This document shows, in pieces, positions 1-8,788 of a DNA stretch of 64,000 nucleotides. Origin of the DNA: Bdellovibrionales bacterium (lineage in GTDB: Bacteria; Bdellovibrionota; Bdellovibrionia; Bdellovibrionales; JAUICD01); NCBI GenBank assembly GCA_965203275.1, contig OZ241865.1, forward strand, positions 736,001 through 800,000, in the 5' to 3' direction. Every line of letters starts with the position of its first letter. The stretch's first letter is position 1. The notes under the pieces are model-generated. The model saw nothing but the letters and a program-made list of their open reading frames with translations, did no database searches and had not been told where the DNA came from. The position numbers and the translations under genes are program-made.

Positions 1-2147
1 TTTGAAATTAAAAAATCAATATTGTGGGCCATCTTCCAATTAAGGTCTATAGAATTTTTAAATATTTTAAAACATACTTCCCCACGGGTTAATTTTTCTT
101 TGAATAGGTTTTCTGACTGTTGATAGATTTGATCTTGTAAATCTCTCTCCATTGCATCTATTAAATAAGCTTTATTAAGATGGATTTGTTCTTCAGAAAT
201 ACCCTTTAATTTAAGAGCTTTGATGGTTTCTTCTAAAATTCTAGCAGCCTGCCAGGGGTTTGGAATAATATTTGAAAGCCTCTTAACCATATAGGTAAAG
301 TCCAAAGAGGATATATTTTGCCTTTTTTGCGTGGCAGAGGATAAATGAATAAAACTTTCTTGGTCTTGTCCTATATCTAATTGAATATGACTTGATTTAA
401 AGGCATTGAGATTTGCTGGTAAAAAAGCATTCCCTTTATTGTAAGAGAGTTTTGAAAAATCAAGATGTCTTAAAATATCGGCTTCATAAATAATGGGCCT
501 CCATGCCCCCATATCTTTATGTAATACTCTAGGTAAAAAGATAGACGTGTCTTTAAATTGCTTTCTACGAGGGATCGTTTGTCTTGTGAGTTGATCGTTA
601 TCAAATTTAATATGATCTACCAAATCATCCATGCCTTCTTGTTGTAATCCTTTTGTTATGCCAGAGACCACGTCGGACACAGCTTGATTATAGCAAAAAA
701 CATAGCTTTCATTTAAAGCTTTTATAGGAGTGCTTTTAGCATAAGGTTGTCTTAAGATACGGCCAATCAACTGTGTAAGAGCTGTTTTAGATTGGGTGTT
801 GGCTAAGATCACAAGAACATACGCAAATGGGCAATCCCAACCTTCTTGCAATGCTTGTTTTGTTAAAATAAATTTTACAGGTGAGGTATTACTTAAAAGA
901 TTTTCATCTTTGAGTTCATTTTTTTCTGCTGTTTTTGCACGGATCGATTGATTGTCAACCCCTAGTGTTTCTACAAGATATTTACGTACATTTTCTGCAT
1001 GGATGAATTTTTTATCTTGTTGATCTTCTGATGTACGTTCCACTTGAATAAGCATAATAGGACGAATGTATTTTTGAGATTGATGGTGATATGTCTTTGC
1101 GTGTTGTTCTAAGTCTTTTAGCTGATCATAAGCTAAGCACAGTGTTTTTTTCCAGTCTGTTCGATCTAAGGTTGTTAGATTGATAGGCATTTTGATCATT
1201 TCTTCTTCTTTGAGCCTAAGACCTGATACATTCACTAAAACATTGCTCAAATGTTGTTGAGGAGTAGCAGATAGTTCTAAAATAAACTTTGGATTAAGTC
1301 CTGTTAAAGTATCTCTTGCTTTTTGAGAATAAGCTCTATGTCCTTCATCTAAGACCACGATAGGTCTTGTCAGACGAATGGCATTGCCTAAACTCTGTTT
1401 AATATAACGTCGTTTAAAACCTCCTAATTTTATTTCATCACCATACCAATCAAGGTTGGGGTATTTAGCAAGAAGCTTTTCAGTTTGAGGATGATCATTA
1501 GATGGATGGAAGAAGTTCATAAAATGCCCTGAATCTTTAAAGACTTTTAAATATTCTTTTGTTTTTTCTCTATTGGTAGATTGCAACATAATAACCATTA
1601 CGCAAAGGTATTCTTGAAGATCCTGTCGAGAGAATGCATCTGTTTTTTCTAAGATTTTTACTCTCCCGGCAGAAGCTCTTTCAAAAACCTTTCTGTAATT
1701 ATGACTTTTGTTTTTAAAATTTTTGATGGTTTGCTGATAGATGGCATCGGTAGGAACAATCCAAAGAACAAGGCCTGTCCCAGGGAGGCCTGTGGTCTTG
1801 GAAAAATAATTAGCATTTATTCTTTCCACAGCACAAACGCCTAATAAAGTTTTACCTCCTCCAGTAGGCACTTTAAGGCATATATTCGGGATGATATTTC
1901 CAAGTCCATCTTTTTTATTTAAATAGTTAGGAGCTTGTATTTGGCCATTTTTATCTCTTAATGTAGGAAGGTGTCCTGATTCATAAAGTTTGTCCCATGT
2001 TTCCTGGCAATATCTTTTGATTGTGTTTTCTATACCTTTGCGTTTATGAAATTCCACTGTGTTTTTTTCTATAAAATATTCCTCTCTTAAAACCTTTAAG
2101 TAGTTATCGAGTTTTTCTAAAACAAAATCTTGATATTCTTTAAGCAT
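1..2147 (-). CDS. res: Type III restriction enzyme Res subunit (DEAD/DEAH helicase-nuclease), 3' end runs off the window
   Basis: Not in the ORF track; read manually. ATG at 2147 overlaps the mod stop (TGATG), giving MLKEYQ. Motifs seen: NICLKVPTGGGKT (Walker A), VLDEGH, QEGWDCPFAYVL, TQLIGRILRQP. Confidence 0.9.
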   Translation of the reverse strand, partial: MLKEYQDFVLEKLDNYLKVLREEYFIEKNTVEFHKRKGIENTIKRYCQETWDKLYESGHLPTLRDKNGQIQAPNYLNKKDGLGNIIPNICLKVPTGGGKTLLGVCAVERINANYFSKTTGLPGTGLVLWIVPTDAIYQQTIKNFKNKSHNYRKVFERASAGRVKILEKTDAFSRQDLQEYLCVMVIMLQSTNREKTKEYLKVFKDSGHFMNFFHPSNDHPQTEKLLAKYPNLDWYGDEIKLGGFKRRYIKQSLGNAIRLTRPIVVLDEGHRAYSQKARDTLTGLNPKFILELSATPQQHLSNVLVNVSGLRLKEEEMIKMPINLTTLDRTDWKKTLCLAYDQLKDLEQHAKTYHHQSQKYIRPIMLIQVERTSEDQQDKKFIHAENVRKYLVETLGVDNQSIRAKTAEKNELKDENLLSNTSPVKFILTKQALQEGWDCPFAYVLVILANTQSKTALTQLIGRILRQPYAKSTPIKALNESYVFCYNQAVSDVVSGITKGLQQEGMDDLVDHIKFDNDQLTRQTIPRRKQFKDTSIFLPRVLHKDMGAWRPIIYEADILRHLDFSKLSYNKGNAFLPANLNAFKSSHIQLDIGQDQESFIHLSSATQKRQNISSLDFTYMVKRLSNIIPNPWQAARILEETIKALKLKGISEEQIHLNKAYLIDAMERDLQDQIYQQSENLFKEKLTRGEVCFKIFKNSIDLNWKMAHNIDFLIS

Positions 2148-3826
2148 CAGACACCTACCATTCTGTGGATGGCAAAGGGTAACTGTGCAAAAGTGATCTT
2201 TTCATTAGAGAGTTCTTCTGGTGGATAAAAGCAAGCTGAAGCAAATACAATAGCTTGACTACATTTTTTTTGTTTCATTATTTCTTGCACCCTTCTCTTA
2301 CGATCTAAATGCAAAGCAGAGGCATCAGTCCTTAAAAACTTTTGATCTGGCTTATAAATAACAAAAAAAGCTGTATCCTCACGTACTTTAGTGACATAAA
2401 AGTCTTTGTTCTCTTTGACGCGATGGATGGCTTGCCCTGTAGCTGTGTAAAATACATATTTTGAAAGCACTTCATAACTAGGTAAGGATTTTCCTTGTAG
2501 CAGAGTTTCTTCTGTGATCTTATCTCCAAGTGTACAGTAAGTAAACGAACCGCCTAAACCTTCTTTTAATTTGTCGTCTTTAGCTGTGGGGATGCCTCGA
2601 ATAACCCGACGGACTCGCTCAGAGGTGATTTTATGAGCATAATCTTCACACTCAACTAAAATAAATTTACGATTTCCGTTATCTTCTTTATTTAGCTCTA
2701 AGACAGCGTGTGCCGTTGTCCCGCTACCTGCAAATGAATCTAAAATAATGGCATTTTTATCTGATGCCACAATAGCATGAATGCAATCATAAACATTATA
2801 AAATGATTTTGGGAAGTTAAATGGGCAACTAGGCAGAATGGATTTGAGTAGCTTGGTACCGTATTCATTAGAATCATATTTTGTACCTGTCCAAACAGTA
2901 CGATGTGTTCTAAAATCCTTGCCTATTTCAATCTCATTATTTTTTGTAACTCTTAATAGATGTTTTATAGATTCTACGCTTTGTCTTGCATATCGCCATT
3001 TTCTTTCAATCCTACCTTTATCTATAGGCCATATTTCAAATAGGTTATTTTTCTTTTTTAATACCCGATCTTTTGGATGTTTGTTTTTTTCTAATACATT
3101 TCCAAAACTTATAATCTTCTTATCTTTGACGTAGATAGGGTAAAAACAATTTTTAGCGTCAGTCCTTAAGGCCTCCCCTCCATGATCTCTTAAGTTACGC
3201 CACACAATATCTTTTTGTTCTATTTTTTTCTTTCCAATAACTTTTTGATTAACAGGTAAAACAAAATAAGCATACTCATGAGTATAAGAAAAATTTTTCC
3301 CCTGTATGCCTCTAGGGTTATGGATCACAGTGACACAATTTATATCTCTTCCAGGGAAAATTTCTTTTAATAAAAGCCCTAAATTTTCTTGCTCATTGTG
3401 ATCTATAGCACAAATCAAAACACCGTCATCAGAGAGTAACTCTTTGAGAAGATGTAGCCGCGGCCACATCATGCAAAGCCATTTGTCATGCCTTTCAAGG
3501 TCATCTGAATCGATGGTTTTATGAAGCCATTCTCTCATTAAAGGAGATGTGACATTATCATTAAAAACCCAATTTTCATTCCCTGTGTTATAAGGTGGGT
3601 CAATATAAATACACTTCACCTGGCCCGCATACTGAGGCAAAAGAGCCTTGAGAGCATAAAGATTATCCCCATGAATAATAAGATGATCATCTAATGAAGG
3701 GGTCCATTTGGATTTGCTTTTGCCATTAAAAAAAGATTTTTTCTGATCAATCCTTAGATCACAAAACGGCACCCCTAAATGATGGGAATGAATTTCTGAT
3801 TTCCCTTTAAAATCCAAAGTGGGCAT
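2147..3826 (-). CDS. mod: Type III R-M DNA methyltransferase Mod subunit, res-proximal copy
   Basis: IHGDNL, IYIDPPYNTG (motif IV), central variable region, ILDSFAGSGTT (motif I); translationally coupled to res. Confidence 0.92.
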   Translation of the reverse strand: MPTLDFKGKSEIHSHHLGVPFCDLRIDQKKSFFNGKSKSKWTPSLDDHLIIHGDNLYALKALLPQYAGQVKCIYIDPPYNTGNENWVFNDNVTSPLMREWLHKTIDSDDLERHDKWLCMMWPRLHLLKELLSDDGVLICAIDHNEQENLGLLLKEIFPGRDINCVTVIHNPRGIQGKNFSYTHEYAYFVLPVNQKVIGKKKIEQKDIVWRNLRDHGGEALRTDAKNCFYPIYVKDKKIISFGNVLEKNKHPKDRVLKKKNNLFEIWPIDKGRIERKWRYARQSVESIKHLLRVTKNNEIEIGKDFRTHRTVWTGTKYDSNEYGTKLLKSILPSCPFNFPKSFYNVYDCIHAIVASDKNAIILDSFAGSGTTAHAVLELNKEDNGNRKFILVECEDYAHKITSERVRRVIRGIPTAKDDKLKEGLGGSFTYCTLGDKITEETLLQGKSLPSYEVLSKYVFYTATGQAIHRVKENKDFYVTKVREDTAFFVIYKPDQKFLRTDASALHLDRKRRVQEIMKQKKCSQAIVFASACFYPPEELSNEKITFAQLPFAIHRMVGV

Positions 3827-3925
3827 TATATCACCTTTATTACGTCTAATGAACTGTATTTATTTTACCTAACACCTGCCTACTCTCTCTTAAAAGTAAA
3901 ACTTAATCAAGAAAAAAATACCAAG

Positions 3926-5620
3926 TCAGGCACCTACTATCCTGTGGATGGCAAAGGGTAACTGTGCAAAAGTGATCTTTTCATTAGAGAGTTCTTCTGG
4001 TGGATAAAAGCAAGCTGAAGCAAATACAATAGCTTGACTACATTTTTTTTGTTTCATTATTTCTTGCACCCTTCTCTTGCGGTCTAAATGCAGGGCAGAG
4101 GCATCACTCCTTAAAAACTCCTGATCTGGCTTATAAATAACAAAAAAGGCTGTATCCTCATGTACTATGGTGACATAAAAGTCTTTGTTCTCTTTGACGC
4201 GATGGATAGCTTGACCTGTAGCTGTGTAAAACACATATTTTGAAAGCACTTCATAACTAGGTAAGGATTTTCCTTGTAGGAGAGTTTCTTCTGTGATCTG
4301 ATCTCCAAGTGTGCAGTAAGTAAATGAACCGCCTAAGCCTTTTTTTAATTTGTCGTCTTTAGCTGTGGGGATGCCTCGAATAATCCGACGGACTCGCTCA
4401 GAGGTGGTTTTATGAGCATAATCTTCACACTCAACTAAGATAAATTTACGATTTCCGTTATCTTCTTTATTTAGCTCTAAAACAGCGTGTGCTGTTGTCC
4501 CGCTACCTGCAAACGAATCTAAAATAATAGCATTTTTATCTTCATTGGTGATCGTTTTAATCAAAAATTTAATAAGAGATGTTGGTTTGTTATAATCAAA
4601 TACTGCTCTTTTGTTAAAAATATTAATTAATTCTTGAGTAGCATCTTCATTTGTTCCTACACCATAATCCATATTAATAAGGGTGGATGGTGCTTTAACT
4701 TTGTTTTGTTGATTGTATCTTAAAACATTAAAACCAAATTTTTTAGATAAATGAATTTCTGTTTTATTGGCTATCTCTTTGTCTAAAAATGATTGAGTCC
4801 ACACAAATCTTCCTTTCACTTTTAATTCCGTATGAATGAAACCATCTTTGACTTCAAAGTCTTTTAAAAATTCAATTCCTGTTCCATCTGTTCCTTTTTT
4901 GCCTTTTTTATATATTCCATTATTTAATGTTGTCTGCACTGTATGAGGTGATAATGATAGCAATTTTATACTATTTGTTCTCTTTACAATAGGCTGTTGT
5001 TTTTCTGTGTATGCAGGTTCTCCATAAAGTCTTAAGTTTGCATTATTTTTTTTATAACATAAGATAAATTCAGTCATTTTTCTTATTTCAGAGGACAAAA
5101 AAGATCCTTTTTTCTTTCTTACCCAAGTAAACAAACAGACAAAGTCTTTAAATATTTCATCCATGATTGTCATCAGTCGGCCTTGCTCATTGCTATCAAT
5201 ACTTACAAAAATAACGCCATCTTCAGAGAGTAACTCTTTCAATAAGTGTAGCCGTGGCCACATCATGCAAAGCCATTTATCATGTCTTTCAAGATCATCT
5301 GAATCGATAGTTTTATGAAGCCACTCTCTCATTAAAGGAGAATTGACATTATCATTAAAAACCCAATTTTCATTTCCTGTATTGTAAGGTGGGTCAATAT
5401 AAATACACTTCACCTGACCCGCATACTGAGGCAAAAGAGCCTTGAGAGCATAAAGATTATCTCCATGGATAATAAGGTGATCATCTAAGGAGGGTGTCCA
5501 TTTGGATTTGCTTTTGCCATTAACAAAAGATTTCTTCTGATCAATCCTTAGATCACAAAACGGCACCTCTAAATGATGGGAGTGGATTTCTGATTTCCCT
5601 TTAAAGTCCAAAGTGGGCAT
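3926..5620 (-). CDS. mod: Type III R-M DNA methyltransferase Mod subunit, distal copy with a different target recognition domain
   Basis: Same motifs; N- and C-terminal parts nearly identical to 2147..3826, central part unrelated. Confidence 0.92.
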   Translation of the reverse strand: MPTLDFKGKSEIHSHHLEVPFCDLRIDQKKSFVNGKSKSKWTPSLDDHLIIHGDNLYALKALLPQYAGQVKCIYIDPPYNTGNENWVFNDNVNSPLMREWLHKTIDSDDLERHDKWLCMMWPRLHLLKELLSEDGVIFVSIDSNEQGRLMTIMDEIFKDFVCLFTWVRKKKGSFLSSEIRKMTEFILCYKKNNANLRLYGEPAYTEKQQPIVKRTNSIKLLSLSPHTVQTTLNNGIYKKGKKGTDGTGIEFLKDFEVKDGFIHTELKVKGRFVWTQSFLDKEIANKTEIHLSKKFGFNVLRYNQQNKVKAPSTLINMDYGVGTNEDATQELINIFNKRAVFDYNKPTSLIKFLIKTITNEDKNAIILDSFAGSGTTAHAVLELNKEDNGNRKFILVECEDYAHKTTSERVRRIIRGIPTAKDDKLKKGLGGSFTYCTLGDQITEETLLQGKSLPSYEVLSKYVFYTATGQAIHRVKENKDFYVTIVHEDTAFFVIYKPDQEFLRSDASALHLDRKRRVQEIMKQKKCSQAIVFASACFYPPEELSNEKITFAQLPFAIHRIVGA

Positions 5621-5845
5621 TATATCACCTTTATTACGTCTGATAAACTGTATCTATTTTATCTAGCACTTAAGGCCCACTTTCTCTTAAAAATAAAACT
5701 TAATCAAGAGAAAAGCCAATGAAGATCAAGTCCAACTGCACTTTGGCATTTGACATTTGTCATAAGATATTTATTAAAGGTTGTGATGGCTCTGTTTATA
5801 TGAAGACTTTCAATAAGTAAGGCGAATGAAACTTGCTTTAAGAAA

Positions 5846-6826
5846 TTATACTTTGAATTCATTGAGTTGAATCCATTTTTGGGAGACAGCAGCAAACCCT
5901 AACATTTTGTAAAGAATTCTCATGGCCACATTGCCGTTCCATTGCCTGTCATTTACAGAAGCTCCGATTTCTACCAGATCCATACCAATAATTTTTTTAC
6001 AAGAAGCAACCTGTTTAAGTAAGGTGATGAGTTGATCAAAATCCAATCCACCTGGTACGGGTGTTCCTGTGTCTGGACAAAGCCAAGGAGACAAACCATC
6101 TATATCTAAAGAAATATATACATTATAAGGTAGGGCATCAACAATCTTTTGACAAAGCGATTGCCATGTCTTGCCTTCATGTAAAGCACACTTTAAATAT
6201 CTATCATAAAATATCATTATTTGGCCTTTGAGTTGCTGTGCAAAGATTTTTTCTTCTTCACAAAAGTCACGTATGCCTACTTGTACAAGCTTTTGAGGTG
6301 CAAAGTGGCTAGTTAATAAATTGTAAAAAACAGAAGCATGAGAATATACATAACCTTGATAAGCTTTTCTGAGGTCTTTGTGAGCATCAATTTGTAAAAC
6401 ACCATAATCATTATTTGTTTTTTGTGCTACTGTTTGAAATCCACTCAGAGCAATAGAGTGTTCTCCTCCTAAAAGTACAATGAGAACATCTTGAGAAGAA
6501 TACTTTTGGCATTGATTTAAGATCCATTTGTTGATTTTTTCAGAAAGAGTATTGATTTTTTGTATACGATTTTCTTGAGATGAGGTTTTTATAGCAAGGG
6601 CTTGTTTATTCCATTCTAATAGTTGTGGATGAATAGCTTGACAGTGGATACCTAACGATTTTAATGAACCAAATTCTACGTCCAAAAGATCTATTTGAGG
6701 ACTTGCTTCAATCAAAGCTTGAGGTCCAAGAGATGTCCCTGTCTGATAAGAAACCGTTCCCTCCCAAGGCACAGGAATAACTATAACTCGAGGATTGGGT
6801 CTTTCTTTTAGGCTAAAAAGTGTCAC
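5846..6826 (-). CDS. speB: Agmatinase / ureohydrolase family protein
   Basis: GGEHS, DAHKD, SHAS, GIR, SLDIDG and PDTGTPVPGG motifs. Confidence 0.85.
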   Translation of the reverse strand: MTLFSLKERPNPRVIVIPVPWEGTVSYQTGTSLGPQALIEASPQIDLLDVEFGSLKSLGIHCQAIHPQLLEWNKQALAIKTSSQENRIQKINTLSEKINKWILNQCQKYSSQDVLIVLLGGEHSIALSGFQTVAQKTNNDYGVLQIDAHKDLRKAYQGYVYSHASVFYNLLTSHFAPQKLVQVGIRDFCEEEKIFAQQLKGQIMIFYDRYLKCALHEGKTWQSLCQKIVDALPYNVYISLDIDGLSPWLCPDTGTPVPGGLDFDQLITLLKQVASCKKIIGMDLVEIGASVNDRQWNGNVAMRILYKMLGFAAVSQKWIQLNEFKV

Positions 6827-6850
6827 AAATTTGATCCTTTCTATAGAAGC

Positions 6851-7450
6851 TTACTTAAAGTAATAATAAATAAGAATCAATACAAAAATCAAGCCTATCA
6901 ATAAAGTCGCTTTTTCAAAGTGTCTTTCAACATACACTTTGATCTTTTCTCCAAAAATAAAAAAGAGTCCTCCTAGAAGATAATAACGCAGTCCTCTCCC
7001 CACAATAGAGCCTAAAACAAAAGGCAACAAAGGGACGTGCAACATACCTCCTACGACTGTAAAAACCTTAAATGGGATAGGTGTGAATGCAGCTAACACA
7101 ATAGCAGTAAATGTATTAGACTGAAAAAGAAGCTGTACTTTTTGAAACTGCTCCTGAGTTAAAATATATGCAAAAAAGAAATCTTCGATAACAGTCCAAA
7201 ACATAAAGCCAAGTAAATATCCAAACAAAGCTCCTAAAACAGAAAAAAGTGTACACCAATGGGCATAAGTTAAAGCTTTTTTAGGTTGACTAGCTCCCAT
7301 AGCGATCAATAGCACGTCTGGAGGGATCAAAAAAAAACTAGATTCTGTAAATGCTACTATACACAAGGCTGGTAGAGCTACCTTGGTATTTGATAAGCCC
7401 ATTGTCCATTCATAAAGTCTGTGCATAAAATTTAAGCTTTTTTTGTACAT
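6851..7450 (-). CDS. DedA/YqaA family membrane protein
   Basis: AFTESSFFLIPPD, FTPIPFKVF, GRGLRY; hydrophobic profile. Confidence 0.85.
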   Translation of the reverse strand: MYKKSLNFMHRLYEWTMGLSNTKVALPALCIVAFTESSFFLIPPDVLLIAMGASQPKKALTYAHWCTLFSVLGALFGYLLGFMFWTVIEDFFFAYILTQEQFQKVQLLFQSNTFTAIVLAAFTPIPFKVFTVVGGMLHVPLLPFVLGSIVGRGLRYYLLGGLFFIFGEKIKVYVERHFEKATLLIGLIFVLILIYYYFK

Positions 7451-7663
7451 GATGTATCACTTTCTTTTTTTATCGTCACGTAAAAATGAGTCTATAAATA
7501 TCATCATAGACCATTTTAAGTGAAAAAAAAAGTGTTAGAAATAATACAAAAAATGTGATTTTTTGATCAAAAGCAAGGGCAAGAGCATAGAACCATTAGA
7601 AATAAAAAAGCTCAGAAAATCCATTTATTTTTTAATTACAGGTTGTTTTTTTGATGTTCTTTT

Positions 7664-8602
7664 TCAAGTTTCACTTTTAAATGGAGGTATTTTAAAGAGG
7701 AGAGGTTGGAATTCTTGAGGAGTTACCACTTTAGCACTGTCTTTTGTGGCACTTAAAACAAGTAAACCATTATCTTGGGCATGTTGGATAATTCCTCGCT
7801 TTTCTTTTTTATGAAGATTCACATAACCTACAGCTCCATAAATTTTTTTACCTTGAAGTAATTTAAGTAACGCTTGACCACGACCATCTAAGTCTTTATG
7901 TGTGCGGGGATCTCTTATAAGATGTAGAAAACGCTTAAGCTTTTTTGTAAAATCATTAATATGACTTCTAGCTAATGTGGTTTTGACTTCTATCGGAATA
8001 GCTATTTTGTGTTCATGGCTAAAAGCAATGACGTCAAACTCCCAACACCTACTTTTTTCTGGATGTTGAATGTTTTCATAAGCTGCCTTTTCATTTGCAT
8101 AATAATGATCGACAGGAAAGCCTACTGAATTAAAAGCTTTGATAGCTCCTTCTTTAATACAAGTTTCAGAAAAATCACCCCAGGCTTTTGAATGTTTCCC
8201 ATCCACATTAAAAATTTGCCTCTCTGTTCTCTCGTACAATTTATCCAACTCCTTATTTTTTTCTTTCTGCTCCTTTCGCCATTTTGCTAATTCTTCTTTT
8301 CTCTCTGCTACTTCTTCTTTCCTTCTTTTTGCTTCTGCTTTTCTCTCTGCTACTTCTTCTTTCCTTCTTTTTGCTTCTGCTTTTCTCTCTGCTACTTCTT
8401 CTTTCCTTCTTTTTGCTTCTTCTTTCCTTCTTTTTGCTTCTTCTTTCCTTCTTTTTGCTTCTTCTTTTCTTCTCTCTGCTGCTTCCTGCCTTCTTATTTC
8501 GACTTCCATGTTGAATCTTTCTTCAAAATTCTTTTGATTTTCTGCAATTTTTTGCAAAATTTTATGTATTTCTTCAAAATCTAAACCTTTACCATTGGCC
8601 AT
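7664..8602 (-). CDS. Coiled-coil repeat protein with C-terminal PD-(D/E)XK nuclease-like domain (DUF3782-like architecture)
   Basis: Heptad repeats EEAKRRK/EEVAERK followed by WEFDVIAF...IPIEVKTTL. Confidence 0.65.
   Translation of the reverse strand: MANGKGLDFEEIHKILQKIAENQKNFEERFNMEVEIRRQEAAERRKEEAKRRKEEAKRRKEEAKRRKEEVAERKAEAKRRKEEVAERKAEAKRRKEEVAERKEELAKWRKEQKEKNKELDKLYERTERQIFNVDGKHSKAWGDFSETCIKEGAIKAFNSVGFPVDHYYANEKAAYENIQHPEKSRCWEFDVIAFSHEHKIAIPIEVKTTLARSHINDFTKKLKRFLHLIRDPRTHKDLDGRGQALLKLLQGKKIYGAVGYVNLHKKEKRGIIQHAQDNGLLVLSATKDSAKVVTPQEFQPLLFKIPPFKSET
8288..8490 (-). repeat. Coding 21-bp tandem repeat (7-aa coiled-coil units)
   Basis: Repeated TTCTTCTTTCCTTCTTTTTGC and TTCTGCTTTTCTCTCTGCTAC units. 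Confidence 0.9.
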
Positions 8603-8788
8603 TTTCTGCTCCTTTTAAATTTGTTTTATTAAATTGATTTGTTTCTTCTATCAATCATCCGATCATCTAAAACATCAATAAAGGTGAAAAAAATGAAATT
8701 TTCTACCTTGACTAATATTAAACAACCTTAATTTAAGCTATCACAGAATATGTGTCAAAGCAAGCTTTTTTATAAAGTTTATGGAAAC

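Noticed and set aside
2147..5620. Phase variation of mod by simple sequence repeats
   Set aside because: No long SSR tract in either mod ORF; only short A/T runs typical of this genome.
8139..8537. Antisense ORFs over coding repeats (8139, 8284, 43986, 44032, 58474)
   Set aside because: Shadow frames of low-complexity tandem repeats in real genes.
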